The notes: generated from the letters alone by a model not told the origin. A stretch of 64,000 nucleotides of DNA from Chiloscyllium plagiosum (GCF_004010195.1 NC_057718.1:51964373-52028372), one strand, 5' to 3'; counted from the stretch's first letter, positions 1-13,172 are shown. Numbers and translations: made by a program.

Positions 1-632
1 TCAAATTTTTGTGATCTGTTGAGTTCTGCCAACCCTGTTGGGTAATCTTTGCCACCTTCATGAATGAATCAGTTATGGTTCCATCAGAATTCAGAATGGT
101 TATCACTCCTGTGGTGCTGCATCAGTTATGGATTGTGTTGTGTGCATAGGTGTTTATAAATAACTACAGAGGAGAAGAATCATGCATGAAACAATCTCCA
201 AAATACTTGTATTTACCAAGGCACACTTAGATGCACCAAAGGTCCTTTAGTGCTTTTAGGAAAAAAAAAACTTTGCTTGAGGTGAAAAGACATAACATGA
301 AGTTTTTTTTCCAAAGAGTCCGAATTCAGCATGTTCACAAATTCGTGTGGGTCCATTTTCAAAAACACCTTCAATTTTTTGGTCTTCTTATTTTTCAAAT
401 GTGTGTAACAGTAAGTTTGAGCAGTGTGCTTTTACAATTTGTATTTTCAGAAGCAGACTTGACAAATCAATAAATGAAAAGGGAATCATATAAAGAAACT
501 GGCACTTTTAGTCTCCTCAAGAACAAATTTGGTAACATTTCCAGCTAAATCTGGTTGAAAGATATAATAAGACACAAATAATACAAGCAGGATAGTAACA
601 GTGGATGAGTCCAATGGTGAGAGCAGACAAGC

Positions 633-785
633 TGGTCAGCTCAGTTGGCTGGATGGCAGACTATTAACAACAGCATGGGTCCTACTGATCACAATGAAGC
701 TCTTGTCTTCTCAATCCTTACACTCACCATTGGTTCATTTCTCTCTAATAAGAGTATAGTTATCTGAAACAATGGTGACTTTATC
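633..785 (+). mobile_element. Degenerate, internally deleted tRNA-derived SINE (non-HE1 shark type)
   Basis: Box A-like TCAGCTCAGTTGG at the 5' end, then GTCTTCTCAATCCTT and a 3' end ATGGTGACTTTA resembling a recalled shark SINE consensus. Confidence 0.4.
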
Positions 786-835
786 TGAGCTGTATCTGCT
801 ATTTAAATGTTTAATTTATAATTGACCACAATGTA

Positions 836-895
836 GGAGAAAGTGAGGATTGCAGATGCTGGAGATCAGAGTCGCGAGTGTGGTGCTGGAAAAGC
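836..895 (-). mobile_element. Short Penelope-like element fragment, family A
   Basis: GAGAAAGTGAGGATTGCAGATGCTGGAGATCAGAG...GCTGGAAAAGC matches copies at 18943, 25009 and 32481; flanked by ACCACAATGTA (825-835) and ACCACAATATA (896-906). Confidence 0.75.
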
Positions 896-3800
896 ACCAC
901 AATATACCTATTAATTCATGACTAAATTTTTGATTCCGCTTGTTAGAGAATAGGAGGTTATCTAAGATATTGTGTTTATCTTGACTGATTTTAGTACAGG
1001 AGAAATTAATTTGTTTTTAACTATGCAACCTTGTGGCTTCATTACTTTCGGAAATAATTGATACTTTTGATTTTTTCTACTTTGTTTCAAAGTTACTGAT
1101 CTGTATTGGGGTCATAAAAGCAGTAAGAAAAATTGTAACAACTGTAAAACCACCTTTTTTTGGAGCAAACAAAGCATTTCAAACATTGAACAAGTAATTC
1201 AGAATTGCTTTGGATTGTAAAGCTACCTCTGTGAAAAGTTTATTTGAATGAACTTCTAATTAGGTTTCAGAATTAAGACAATAATGAACAGTGAATGCAG
1301 TTAAAATTATAACACAGTGTACCTGGACATTGATAGACACTCTAAATTATTTCCAACATTCACACCAATAAAAACTATCAGCCTTGTTTATGAAAATAAT
1401 CTATGTATACACAATCCAGAATGAACATGTACATATTTTAAAATGTGCAGCTTCTACTTTAAATTTAATGATGACTGAATTTTCCTAGGTGCCTGTACGT
1501 GGCTATGAATAATGCAAGGTATGAGGCTAATTCTAAAAAAAAGACTTTGGGTCAGTTTGCCAATGGGTTCCCTGCCTCTAGCTGTTTTCCATTAGCATAG
1601 GATGGATCCAGTACTATAAATCTGTGTATCCCATGGTGGATTACCAATTAAAGTTGTTGAGTGACTAATTGGTGGAACTTTCACACAAGGCAAACCGACC
1701 AGCTCGCTCAGGCCTCCACGACTGACTGATGCCATCCCACCCCACTATGTCAGTAATGTGACAAAGAGAGAAGGCAGTTTTGCAATGAGTAGGCTACCTG
1801 ACAAAGAAAAGGGATTTAAATATTTTTGTCAGAACATGATGGGGCTACTTTCTTCTGTAAAGACCGTGGCTTTTTATTTGTATGTATTATTAATTGTGCA
1901 CTGAAGCAAGCAAAGAACAGTTATAAAACCAAGGACTACTGCATGTTTTGAATACAAGACACCTGAGAGTCATTGCAAGCATCATTTATACAGATGCTTG
2001 TTCGAGAAGTAATTGAAGTGTACTTTCTGGATGAGCTAAAGCCAAATGATTGTGTACATAAAAAGTGTGGGCTGGCAAGAAGTAGTAGATTGGTCAATGG
2101 ACTAGTGACCAAATTTTCATTACAAAAACCTCTGTCTGTCAACAATTGTGTGATTGGTTTTCAAGTAACTGTACAGCTTAAGGTTGTGAACAAGGTACAT
2201 AGATATCTTCAGATCTCCACCAATGCAGATGCTCTCCCTGTTCTGTGGAGTAAAAGCTAACTTAAGGTTAAAGAAAACCAATATTTCTTGTCATCAGTTA
2301 TTGCAGTATACTGTGATTTTTAATTGATAAATTAGACACCTGGTGAAAGTGAATCAGCCAACTGCATCTCTTTCAAACCAATGGAAGCATGTGGAGAACA
2401 ATAACTGAAAAGTAGCATTCTGATCAGCACAAGTATAAGTCTGCTTTCAGCAACCTTGTGAACTGAAGCCACTGAACTGCCTTCCCAGTTTTTATCTCCT
2501 TCAATAATACCCTTTTTATTTCTCTGTCATGTTATTTCAGCTGGAAGGCACACTGCTACCTCAACCATAACTCTAACATAGGGGTCCACAGGCTTATGGC
2601 AAAATTCCCACAATATCTTACAGAATGGTGATATACTGATATTGAAACTGTTTGGAACCCTTAGTGTCCTTCATAATTGTACAGATTGAACATTTCTAAA
2701 CACTTGTGTCCATCATGACTAGCAGGAACTGGTTATCAATCCAATCAATCTGGCATTGACATTACATTTTCATTTTGGAATTCATTTATGTGGAAGGAGA
2801 CAGCAGCCACATGAAAGTGTACAAAATGAGGTCTTTAATCATTGCACCTGGACAAGTTTTTAATCCTCAAGCCATTGAGTAAAATCTCATGTGATTGGCT
2901 CTTGGAATACACCAGCTGTTTGAAGGGAACTTTATGGAGTCCATAAGATTGGGAAATGTGGGTGACTTAATTGGACAGGAAACAAAATCTCAAAATGCCA
3001 ACAGTGGCAAAGAGAAAATTTTCAGTAGCATATTTGTGACACATCAATGCAAATGCTGAACTGTGATAGGTACGTACTTGCCATGCACTTGTCATGCCAT
3101 TCCAAGAATATTCATGAGTGCAAAATGTTTTAAATTGCATTTTACCTTCAAGATAAAGTTAGAGATACACAAAATGTCACCACACCTAATTTGCACTTGT
3201 TGGAAGATGTCGTGCACCACTTGGCTTTGTGTGAATGGTTTTCCGAGTTGATCTCTATGACACAAGAAAGGACAGCAGGAGAGAAATGGCTCACGCCAAG
3301 GTTTGGGGCTAGCAAGTGTGTCAGTCAGTGGTTAGAGATGGCATGCAGTGTTGGGAACATGGAGAAGTAGAACTGGGGTCCAACAGAAGTCAGAGGATAG
3401 GGTCAGGTCCATGGAGGAGTGAAGTGGAAATAGTCTGAAGTACTGGGGGTGGGGACAGTCAGTCAAGACAAGGAAAGGAAGGAGCAAAAAGGTAGAACAT
3501 TGTCCAAATGTTGCCCATATTGTGCTTGCTGGCAGAGATTTTAAAGGGTTTTGAGTTCACTTGAAACATTTCAAATATTCTTGCCAACTCTGACCTGGTT
3601 ACAATGCAGAGAAGGGTGGGCCAGCTGAACCTATAAGTTCAACCATTTCCCACGGTGATGCATACTACATTGGACACAAATATGAATGTTGAGCATACAG
3701 TGAAAACACATTAATTATTCCACAATAAAGGGAATATCCCTAACTTTCCTGTAATCATCAATAAGTGGCAACTTTGAGGCATGTCAATACATTTAGTTCC

Positions 3801-4879
3801 CTGACTTGACTACTTTCAACAAATAATGACAACACTGGACTACAGTGGAATCATGCCATTTGAAAATATACAAGTGATATTCAATCTTGGAAAAGCACTC
3901 ATACAACAGTTCAGCAGGAAGCTATTGGCTGTGATTTATCACTCTACTGTTAGCCCACCCCTGACTGGAACATTAAAGGGTTTCACTAATGAATAGCTTC
4001 CCTCACCATATCATTGCAAGTGTATCTAATGCTTATCAGAGAAAGCTTAAATTTTATTGCAATCAAACAGGAAATGGGAAAAAGTTTTAGCAGAAGAGTA
4101 TGGTGTATGCCTCCAGTTAGCTCTCCTATTAACTGTAAGCATTCCTTCAATCGGAACTTAGTTGCAGGCACTCAGCTCTGAGAACTTTGCTATCTTTCTC
4201 TTGTCACAATAAATACAAAACGTGAAAATCTTCCTCCAGTTCATAAAAAAATTTCCTTCTTGCCCTTATCATTCAAACAGTAAATCAATCGACATTACAG
4301 CAAGCTTGAGAGTTTGTGTTGAACCCGTATAACAATATGCTTGTCATCACTCAGAAGACTATTCAGCTCTCTTTAAGAAGTGCATACCTCTTTAAATTAG
4401 GCCTATAAATGAGTTACGCATGAAGCTAGTTTTGGATTTACATCCACTCCAGTACATGTTAAATTATAAATCCCCACTCTCACAACTAACTTCCTCTGTC
4501 CAGCTTGCCCCCATTCCATTGCACCATCACAGGGTAATTGGCTGCTCAATTATAACTTGCTTTTTTTCACTAACACTTCCAAATTCAGAATAGCTCAGTG
4601 AATACGACCACAGCAAATGTTTAATAAATATATATTTTAAATTCGGAAAGATTAAGGCTATCTTCTGTCTGTCTTTTTTTTTAAAGAAACTGTCCCAAAC
4701 CAGGTAACTCAGTATTCTGCAGTTTAGCTATACAATATAACAATGATTGGTTTGTCAGTTATTACAAAGATGCTTTATAAGTACAATTGTCAAACATAAT
4801 GCACAACTTTACAAATTGGCTTTCCTCTTCATTAATCAGTAACACAATGGATAATGCATGGAAATTGTGTATGGAATTT

Positions 4880-5700
4880 GAGAAAATATTTCACATATTA
4901 TGACATAATAGGCTAGTGAAAAAATGAGATCATGAAATAATGATCAGTGTCAACTTGGATAAAATATTTTCTTAATGACAGAAAACAATGTGTCTTGGCA
5001 AATGATTACTGAGCAGATTGGAGGGTAGCAGAGAATGTGTTCTCCAAGGACCAGACTGGGGCCACATTTCTTTTATGATATGTATAAATGACTTTGATAA
5101 CAAAATATAAAGGAAATTTTCTGATTTTACTGATAGTACCAAACTTGAGGCTGTGGTAAACTGTGAGGTCAATATCAATTGGTTTTGCAAATACATCGAT
5201 AGGTTAGTGGATTGGGCAGATACTGACAGCTAGAATTTAATATAGTGAGGTGAGAAGTGATACATTATAGTAGAAGGAACAGAGAGGGATTATTTAAAAT
5301 TATATGGGCAGTTTTAAAACATTTGCAGGGACATATTTGCAGGGAGTTTCATGAGTATAGATCTTTGAAGGTAGAAGGTCACGATGAGAAAGTAGTTAGC
5401 AAAGCATTAGGGATCACAGGCTTCATAAATACTGCTGTGTACAGAAGTTACAAAATTATGTTGTTAGTTAGACCAGAGCTAGCATATTAAGCCCTATTCT
5501 GGTCACCACACGCTAGGAAGAATTTCAACCTCCTTTAATGGGTGTAGAGATTTACTGGAATGGTTCCTGTGATAAAGGAATTGAAATGGAAGGTTAGGTG
5601 AGAAATACCTTGTTATTTTCCTTCAAGCAAAGAGATTAAGGGAAGATCTAATATAGATATCCAAGATTATGATATCTTTAGATAAGCCAGACAAAAACAC
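4880..5700 (+). mobile_element. Highly degenerate CR1 LINE ORF2 (RT and C-terminal) fragment
   Basis: Decayed motifs LQGPDWGH..YINDFD..ISDFTDSTKL (RT PQGS/FADD regions) and LVRPELAY..FWSP; many stops and frameshifts. Confidence 0.75.
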
Positions 5701-5869
5701 TGGACTTAATTTTACTAAAAGAGTCTAAATTTGGAGAAACTTTCCTTTGTGTTTCATGCAGAGCTTCTCTGTGTGAGACTTAGTGAAATTTCTCCTGCCA
5801 TTTTCTGAAACCTACCTCACTATCTATGCACCACATGCCTTGGGAATACTGGCCACTCCCAGGATTCCT

Positions 5870-6480
5870 GGCAAGTGCCATATTTAAAACACAGCTGCCA
5901 GTTTCGGGCTGCCTTGCACTCTTTATGTGAATTGCCCCTGACATGGTGAACAGGGGAAGACTAGAACCACACTTCATCGACAAGGACATCTAGGTCAATG
6001 CTATATCCACCTTCCAGAGAATGGAGACGGAAGGTTGATGACCTTCTCTGCACTGCTACGGTAAGTGCCAATAACTTCTCTCTGCTACTTCACTCTCTCT
6101 CTTCTATTGCATTCACCTCCCATCAAGGCTCATGGCCTACTACGCTCACTCAAGCAGTATCAACGTCCCTCATATGCTTTCACCCAACCAAATCTTAATA
6201 TCACTAAGCTTGCATGGCTTCTGTGCTGCTTACTCACTCACTTACTCACTGACTCACTCACTCACTCACAACAACTTTCCCCTATCTGTAGCAGCACTAA
6301 CAGCTGGGCCAGCCACTTTCATTTTATGCAATTGCTCTCTTTGACTCATTCCAAGATAGGACAGCCTGCATTGGGCAGACAGAGCCAGGAAAGATAGTGG
6401 GATGCCCAACATTCTGCTCCTCAACACCTTCAAGAAGATCAAGATCCTGGCCTGTGAGGATGTGACTGCTTATGTGGTGA
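5870..6480 (+). pseudogene. Fossil PIF/Harbinger Myb/SANT-like (ORF2) gene with intron
   Basis: MVNRGRLEPHFIDKDI ... RKVDDLLCTAT, donor GTAAGT at 6061, (CTCA)n-containing intron, acceptor near 6355, then SGMPNILLLNTFKK..LACED; resembles PRFSD..CRKKxNDL and TGGGxPxxxxLT motifs of Harbinger Myb/SANT proteins. Confidence 0.55.
6230..6268 (+). repeat. Imperfect (CTCA)n microsatellite
   Basis: ttactcactcacttactcactgactcactcactcactca. Confidence 0.85.
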
Positions 6481-7036
6481 TACCAGAACCCTGTATCGCA
6501 GCAAACAAGTAAAAATCATTGTCCATTACCGTGCCGCTCTCCCATTAAGAACATAAGAACTAGGAGCAGGACTAGGCTATTTGAATAAGATCATGACTGA
6601 TTTACCTATGGCCTCACCTCTTATTTTATGCCAGTTCGTAACAACAATCAACTTTCCTACATTTCAAAAATCTATCCGCTTCCTCTTTAGTAAATACTTC
6701 TAAAGGTCTAACCTCGTAAATTCCCTGAGGTACAGAATTCCAGACAGTCACTATCCTTTGGAAGAAGAAATTCCTTTGTGTCTCAGTTTTTAAATGAGTG
6801 CACCTTATCCTGCAAGCATGTCTGCTAGTTTGAGATTTCCCTCACTAGTGCCAATAGTTTCTCAGAATCTACTCTGTCAAGCCCCTTCAGAATCTTGAAA
6901 TCTCTAAGATCCCGCCTCATTCTTCGAAACTCCAATTAATAAAGGCCAAACTTGTTTAGCCATTTTTGAGAAGACAACTACTTTATCCCAGGATTCAGCC
7001 TCGCGAATGTCTTTGGAACTGCCTCAAATACCAGAA

Positions 7037-7248
7037 GAGTCAGTTCTGCTATAACGAGATATCCTTGTGCAACCCTGTATTATAAGAAAATCCTGTAATA
7101 GCAGCACCATTTAAACTAAGGGGGAAGGAATCGTGTTATAACCAATTCATGCTTTAAAAGTTTGCGCAATAGAAACAGTTCCCCAGTTCATTAATTGTGT
7201 TGCAGCAAATTTGCATTAAGAAAACTTGCATTATAGCAGAACAGCCTG
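7037..7248. mobile_element. Tc1/mariner (Tigger-like) MITE
   Basis: Imperfect ~20-bp TIRs GAGTCAGTTCTGCTATAACG and CATTATAGCAGAACAGCCTG, followed by TA at 7249-7250; non-coding ~210 bp; interrupts a CR1 copy. Confidence 0.7.
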
Positions 7249-7339
7249 TACATCGTTACTTGGACGCGGGGACCAAAACTGTACTTTAGGTACATCCTCA
7301 CTAACACACTGTGCAGCTGGAATAAGAATTGCCCATTCT

Positions 7340-7995
7340 GGGTGGCACCATGGCTTAGTGGTTAGCACTGCTGCCTCACAGCGCTAGGGGTGTAGTTCAA
7401 TTCCAGCTTTGGGTGAGTTAGCTGTGTGGACTTTGTACATTCTCTCTGTGTCTGTATGGCTTTCTGTTGGGTGCTTCACTTTGTCCCTGCAGTCCAAAAA
7501 TATGCAGGTTAGGTGGGTTGGCTTTGCTAAATTGTCTAATCGTGTCCAGGGATGTGCAGGCAATGTAAATCGGCCATAGGAGATGTGGGGTTAGATTACG
7601 TTGGATTTTATTGTCATCTGTACCACAGTACAGGAATGCAATGAAAAGTGCAAACAGTTTCCATTCTCTAGTGCCATCTTAGAATGCTAAATAAAAAGCA
7701 GAAATTAACGTAGCAAAAGGAATGTCCAGCTCTATTCAGCCACTAGCCTACTGGGCTGTGATCACCCTGACTCTCCCTCCTGATGCTGGACCTTAGCTGG
7801 ACCCTGGAACCTCCAACACATCCAGGGAGCCTGGTGGGGTTGCGGCTCAGGAAGTCCCGCTTAGGGTCGACCCTCACCAGGCCTTGCTGCCATGAGGTTA
7901 GGATGGGGACCTCAGTCTGAATGGGATGCTATTCAGAGGGTTGCTGTCGATTAGGTGGGCTGAATGGCCTCTTTTCACACTTTAGGGGTTTCTAT
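7340..7995 (+). mobile_element. HE1-type V-SINE split by a ~300-bp antisense insertion
   Basis: Box A TGGCTTAGTGG, box B AGTTCAATTCC and V-domain up to ~7593; 3' part resumes near 7896 and ends with GGGCTGAATGGCCTC...TCTATT. Confidence 0.8.
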
Positions 7996-9844
7996 TTTTA
8001 AACTCCTACCCGTTAGCAAGTAAAAAAGGCAAAATGCCATCTGCTTCCTTAATTATTTGCTGCCATGACATGGGTTTCATGCACAAGGATACACTCTGCA
8101 CTGTACTTGTTTTGAGTTTCTGCCCCCTGAAGTAATAGTCTACGGTTTCATTCTTCTGATTAAAATGGATGATCAAACATGTTTCACATGAAATTCCATC
8201 TGTTAACTTTTTACCCACTCATCTAACCTTTCTGCATCCCCTTGCAAATTCCTTATGTCCTCATCACAGGATGCCCTTCAACTTTTTTTTACTAAATTTG
8301 GATACATTACACTCGGCCAACACGATTTCAGATAACAAATAATTGAGTGCCTCAGACTGATTCTTCTGGCACTTCACTAGGTTAGGTATTTCCAACCTGA
8401 AAAAGACCCACTGATCCTGTCTCACTATCTTTTACACATGAGTAGATTCTGCAACACATTGCTCTAAGAAACAATCTCTGAAGCATGCACAAATTTGTCT
8501 GTTATGCTACCCTTGTCCACTCAATATGCAGAGCAATGCTGATCCATGTGGTGCCTTTCTTACATGCCTCCATTATTTCCTGATTTAGATTGTGTCCTAC
8601 AGTGAGATAGGTCTTAGGGGCCTGCAGATGACTCCCACCCATGATTTTTATCACTTGTTATTGCCAACAAAACTGATTCCATGTATGACCTATTGCATCT
8701 ACATTGCTTTTTACCATTGTACTGATACTTGTTTTATTAAAAAAAAGCTACTTGCCTCCTTTTCCTTTTTGCCAATTGTTCCCAGAATGTCAAATACACT
8801 AGAATACTGAGTTGTCAGTTTTGGTCACCTTGCAGCCACTTCTATGTTATAGTTATCAAAACATATCCCTTTATTTCTCCTTATGCTGTCAACTCATTGA
8901 TCTTGTTCCAAATTCCAGACAAAGAGCCTTGAGCTTTTGTTTTTATTGACTGTGCAAATGTACTCTTAATATGACCAGCAGTCTATCCCTTTGTTGTGAT
9001 GTATTCTCTGTTTTGTCTTCTGAAAGTGCAAATGCACGGTATGGCCTCAGTGGTCAGTAGGGCAGCCCTGAAAGACAGCTCCTCCTCCACTGTGGCCACT
9101 GAAGGAATGCATTGAGATCATCAGCTCAGATCCTGACACCTCGGTAGGTATCTTAGCTCGTCGGAGAGTCAGGAGCACACACCGGTTAACACATCACTGT
9201 CAGATTAATGGACACAGAAATGCCCCAGGTCACTGGCACTCAAGGACTTACAAAAAGAAGGCCCTTGCTCTGCCTGAGGCACTGTTGGACATTCATAACT
9301 TCAAAGGCATGTGCAAAGGAGCACAGGAACAGCAGGCAGTTTCATTGGAGACACTCATAAAAAAACATTGGTAGTCCAGCATGCTGCCTCTCTCAGGCTA
9401 CTCCAAAGGTGACCAGGCATTCCGTCTCCACCCAGCTGAGGAGGATGCATCTGCCTCTGTGGAGGGCACAGTCAGCATGTCTGAGACATTGAGCCACAAA
9501 TGCCTCCCAACCATAACTGTAAAGTTTACAGGCATCAATGCAAGGCAGGCTCCTTCGATGAAGCTACACAACCTGGGGCTGCACTGACACATATTGGGAG
9601 GGAAAGGAAGAAGCTGACTTTCTGGGGGCATATAGGTGGGATGGGTGAAACTTTATTGTAAATACATTCTCACATTTGTAAATATGTCTTCACTTTTTAT
9701 CATAGCTATGTGAGTAAATGTCATTCTAACTGCAACTCCAAGAATAAAGATAAAAAGATGAGCCATCCTTAGCACAGCCCAATGCTTTATAGTCCAAGTT
9801 GAAATGTAAACAGCCCCTGTACCATATTTTAAAGAATTCGATTG

Positions 9845-10220
9845 TGGGATATGGATGTCACTGGACAGTCAGCATTTACTGCCCATCCCTAGTTGGCCTT
9901 GAGAAGGTGGTGGTGAGCTGCCTCCTTGAACCGCTGCAGTCCCACAATGCCAATAGGAAGGGGATTCCTGGATTTTGACCCAGTGACAGTGAAGGAATAG
10001 CGATACATTTCCAAATCAGGATGGTGAGTGGCTTGGAAGGGAATTAAAAGGTAGTAATGTTCCCATGTATCTGCTGCCCTTGTCCTTCTAGATGGAAGTC
10101 ATTGTTGGTTTGGAAGGACCGTTGTGAATTTCACCGTTGGTGAATTTCTGCCGTGCATCTTGTAGATAGTGCACACTGCTGTGACTGAGTGTCAGTGGCA
10201 GAGAAAGTGGATGCTTGAAC
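9845..10220 (-). mobile_element. CR1/L2-superfamily LINE 3' end (second family)
   Basis: Minus strand encodes ...SFTVTGSKSRNP..LQRFKEAAHHHLLK; homologous pieces at ~19135-19240, 45970-46078, 46620-46888 and 47586-47640. Confidence 0.7.
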
Positions 10221-11439
10221 ACCTAAGGTGACTTCACCTGCACTGTGTGGATGCCTCTATCATGCAAATGTCCTTTGAATGGTCTCACATTGCATCAAAG
10301 GAGAATGCCCTTCTTCTCAGAAACACTCAACCCACCCACTCTGGGTGTGGGGGCAGCCATTTTTATCTCCAATGAGTTCTTAGATCATGAAAGAAACAGT
10401 GGCCACATGTCACAGAGTGAGTTACATAGTTCCAATACTACATCAGTTACATATTAATGTAAACAGACTATATGTCCATCTAAAATTAAAGGCAAGAAGC
10501 AATTAAGGATTAATGATTGCAATCATGCTTCAGGTCAAATACTTTTGCATACCAGAGAAATGAATCTAATTTTCTGCAGTGGTGGCAGGATAAGACTTAA
10601 TGAAAAAGAAAAGGGAGAGCTTTTATAAAACCTTGTTTATGCCTGACCATTTAGCATTCGATCTTTAGGCCCTCAAGGGGGTAGGAATGGGAGGGCAGGT
10701 GCAGTTTGCAAGCACCATGTCCTCACTGGGAAATATTCCCAGAGACAGAGAGCAGGCATCAGAGTGACTTGTGCACAAACAAGAGCGGCCAAGTGAGGGA
10801 ATTAAAAATCGCTTAAGACGTAACATCAGAACCTTGAATTTATTACCCAAAGCACAGCTGCCTCCGAGCATTCTTGCTGCTAATTGGACAAGAGAGGCTG
10901 CTGCCATTCGGATCTTCCCAAGGACAGCTGGGTTCCTCTCAGGCTGGATCCCAGCTTAGAACTGAAGGCAATCTCCCTGGAGCAGGCTAGGGAGCCATCA
11001 AATCCACCTCCCACTCAGCTCAGCATGGACTCACAGGGATTCAAGAGATATAGTCATAGCTTCCAGCTGTTCTGTGGAAAACTTCTCCCACACTCAACTA
11101 CACTGATGACTGACAATTGTAGCCATAAGATATTTTTACTTTTTATGATTCTGCACCTCCCCCCCTCAAGGAATCCTCACAGTCTTCAACCAAGCTCAGC
11201 AGAGCTCACTCATCCCAGTGATACTGCTGTCATTGCTTTGGGACCTCTGAAAGGGTGTTGTACTCCACAAGTCTCCCGACAGTCCTCAACTGAACAGGGT
11301 GAGAGACAGTTGTTTAATTAGCTGCCTTCACAAGCATAATCCTACTGTTGTCACTTCTGGGTCCCTGACCTAATGCCAAGGGCATGAGAATTGTGGCAAG
11401 CACTTGCCACACTATGAGGTTTTGAGCATATAAGAGTGA

Positions 11440-11990
11440 AGTGAGGAGGAATTACTCTATTCAGCGGAAGGTGACCCTTGGAATTCCCAGAGGGCTGTGG
11501 ATGGTCAGCTATGACATATATTTAGGGTAGTGTGGAGAGGATGCTTCTTTTATAACGTAATCTCGAACTGGGGATAGGGGTGGCATCCTCTGTTTAAGAA
11601 ACAGGGCTTACCCATCTTAAACAGTGTTGTAAGTCTTTGGAGCTATCTTGAAAAGTCAGTGAGTGCAGAGTCCTTAAATATTTTTAAGGGATAAGTTGAT
11701 AAATTCTTGTGAAGTAAGGGGATGAAAAGTTATCAGAGGAGTGTTGGAAATATGGACTGGAGGTTGCAATCAGACCAGCCACAATCTTAGTGAATGCTAA
11801 TGCAGACATGAGGGGCTCAATGGCCTACTCCTGCTCCTTGTCCATATGTTAATCGACAGAATTTTGGACTCTAGGGAAATCAACGGATTTAAGGGTCAGT
11901 GTTAAAGTGGAAATTGAGGTCAAAGCTCAGCCATGATCTTAAAGAATGGAGAAACAGGTTTGATGGGCCTTGTGACCTACCTCTGTGACT
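11440..11990 (+). mobile_element. Two degenerate CR1 3'-end fragments
   Basis: GAGGAGGAATTACTC..TTGGAATTC; tails ATCAGACCAGCCACAATCTT...AATGGCCTACTCCTGCTCCT and CAGCCATGATCTT...CCTACCTCTG. Confidence 0.6.
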
Positions 11991-12661
11991 ACATTCTTAA
12001 GTGATCAGGAGGGTGTTTAGAAGTGGGCAGTGGTTAGGGGCAGGTGTGTAGGGTTGTCAGGGGATAGGGTCTCAAGATTTATTTCAGGGGCCAAGAAGCC
12101 CTCTTCATCATGTTGCCTTCAAAAAGCTGTTGCTGTGTGTTTTCTAGCTCTGGATCTAACTTCTGACAGGCATAGCATGTTGAGCAAGCTGCCTCGGTTT
12201 CCTCACAGACATCTCAGTTTAGCATTGCACTCAGGTCCTAAAGGAGCCAGTGTGCAGATGTAACAAAGACCCTTGCAGCTCACTTGAGTCCTTCACACAA
12301 GCAGCTGACTTGAGATGGGATGCCATCAGGCAACAGCCTCACTGTATTGTATTATAGGCCTGAGTTAAATGATAGGAGGTAAAATTACACTTATATGCAC
12401 CCCCACAACCCCATAAATCAAGTTTAGTCCCTTCAGATTCTATGTGTACACCGTACAGCATTTTCCACTTAAACACATACTTATATAAATCAAAATCACT
12501 ATGGCTACTCTGTGTCAATTAGCTATAGAAGAAAACATTGAAGGGAAAACCCACTTGAATCATGCAATGTTTTTTAATGTTCACCTCAGCCTATCAGTTT
12601 TTTGCATTTGCAACAGATGTTGACTAAAGATTCCTTTTTGGCATTCAAACAGAGCAGTAAG

Positions 12662-12717
12662 CTAGTGTGCTTTCAATTAAACCTGTTGGATTATAACCTG
12701 GTGCTGTGTGATTTTTA
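12662..12717 (+). mobile_element. Short Penelope-like element fragment, family B
   Basis: CTAGTGTGCTTTCAATTAAACCTGTTGGATTATAACCTGGTGCTGTGTGATTTTTA matches 50979-51034; exact TSD AGCAGTAAG at 12653-12661 and 12718-12726. Confidence 0.8.
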
Positions 12718-12859
12718 AGCAGTAAGATGGTGGAGGATAGAGGACTGTCAGCAGCACGCCACACTCTCCAACGCAGTAAAATTGTGTATCACAGCAGGAG
12801 GTACCCTTTACTAACTTCATCTGTTCTCAGGCTGCTTTTGTGTTCAGCAGTTCAGCAGT

Positions 12860-13172
12860 GGGCGGCACGGTGGCACAGTGGTTAGCACTGCTGCCTCACA
12901 GCGCCAGAGACCCGGGTTCAATTCCCGCCTCAGGCGACTGACTGTGTGGAGTTTGCACCTTCTCCCCGTGTCTGCGTGGGTTTCCTCCGGGTGCTCGGGT
13001 TTCCTCCCACAGTCCAAAGATGTGCAGGTCAGGTGAATTGGCCATAATAAATTGCCCGTAGTGTTAGGTAAGGGGTAAATGTAGGGGTCTGGGTGGGTTG
13101 CGCTTCGGCGGGGCGGTGTGGACTTGTTGGGCCGAAGGGCCTGTTTCCACACTGTAAGTAATCTAATCTAAT
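12860..13172 (+). mobile_element. Near-intact HE1-type V-SINE (tRNA-derived)
   Basis: GGGCGGCACGGTGGCACAGTGGTTAGC (box A), GGTTCAATTCC (box B), V-domain, CR1-like tail GGGCCGAAGGGCCTGTTTCC and (AATCT)n end; many CpGs retained. Confidence 0.95.

Larger units (their letters stand above)
6548..8440 (-). mobile_element. CR1 LINE 3' portion, interrupted by a MITE and an HE1 SINE
   Basis: Begins with the reverse-complement 3' tail AAGAACATAAGAACTAGGAGCAGG; CR1 C-terminal sequence resumes at ~7250-7335 and ~7995-8440. Confidence 0.7.

Noticed and set aside
10600..11400. GC-richer blocks with shared TTAATT/TTAAG motifs (also ~30040-30700, 35990-36160, 57800-57970, 63650-64000)
   Set aside because: Probably old non-autonomous DNA transposons, but I could not define TIR pairs or boundaries
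12860..12935. tRNA-like box A/box B sequence
   Set aside because: It is the head of an HE1 SINE, continuing into the V-domain and LINE tail, not a tRNA gene
12844..13152. Similar ORFs with CTSLDCGRKPEH (also 34016-34399 and 61490-61732)
   Set aside because: Antisense translations of HE1 SINE copies, not a gene family
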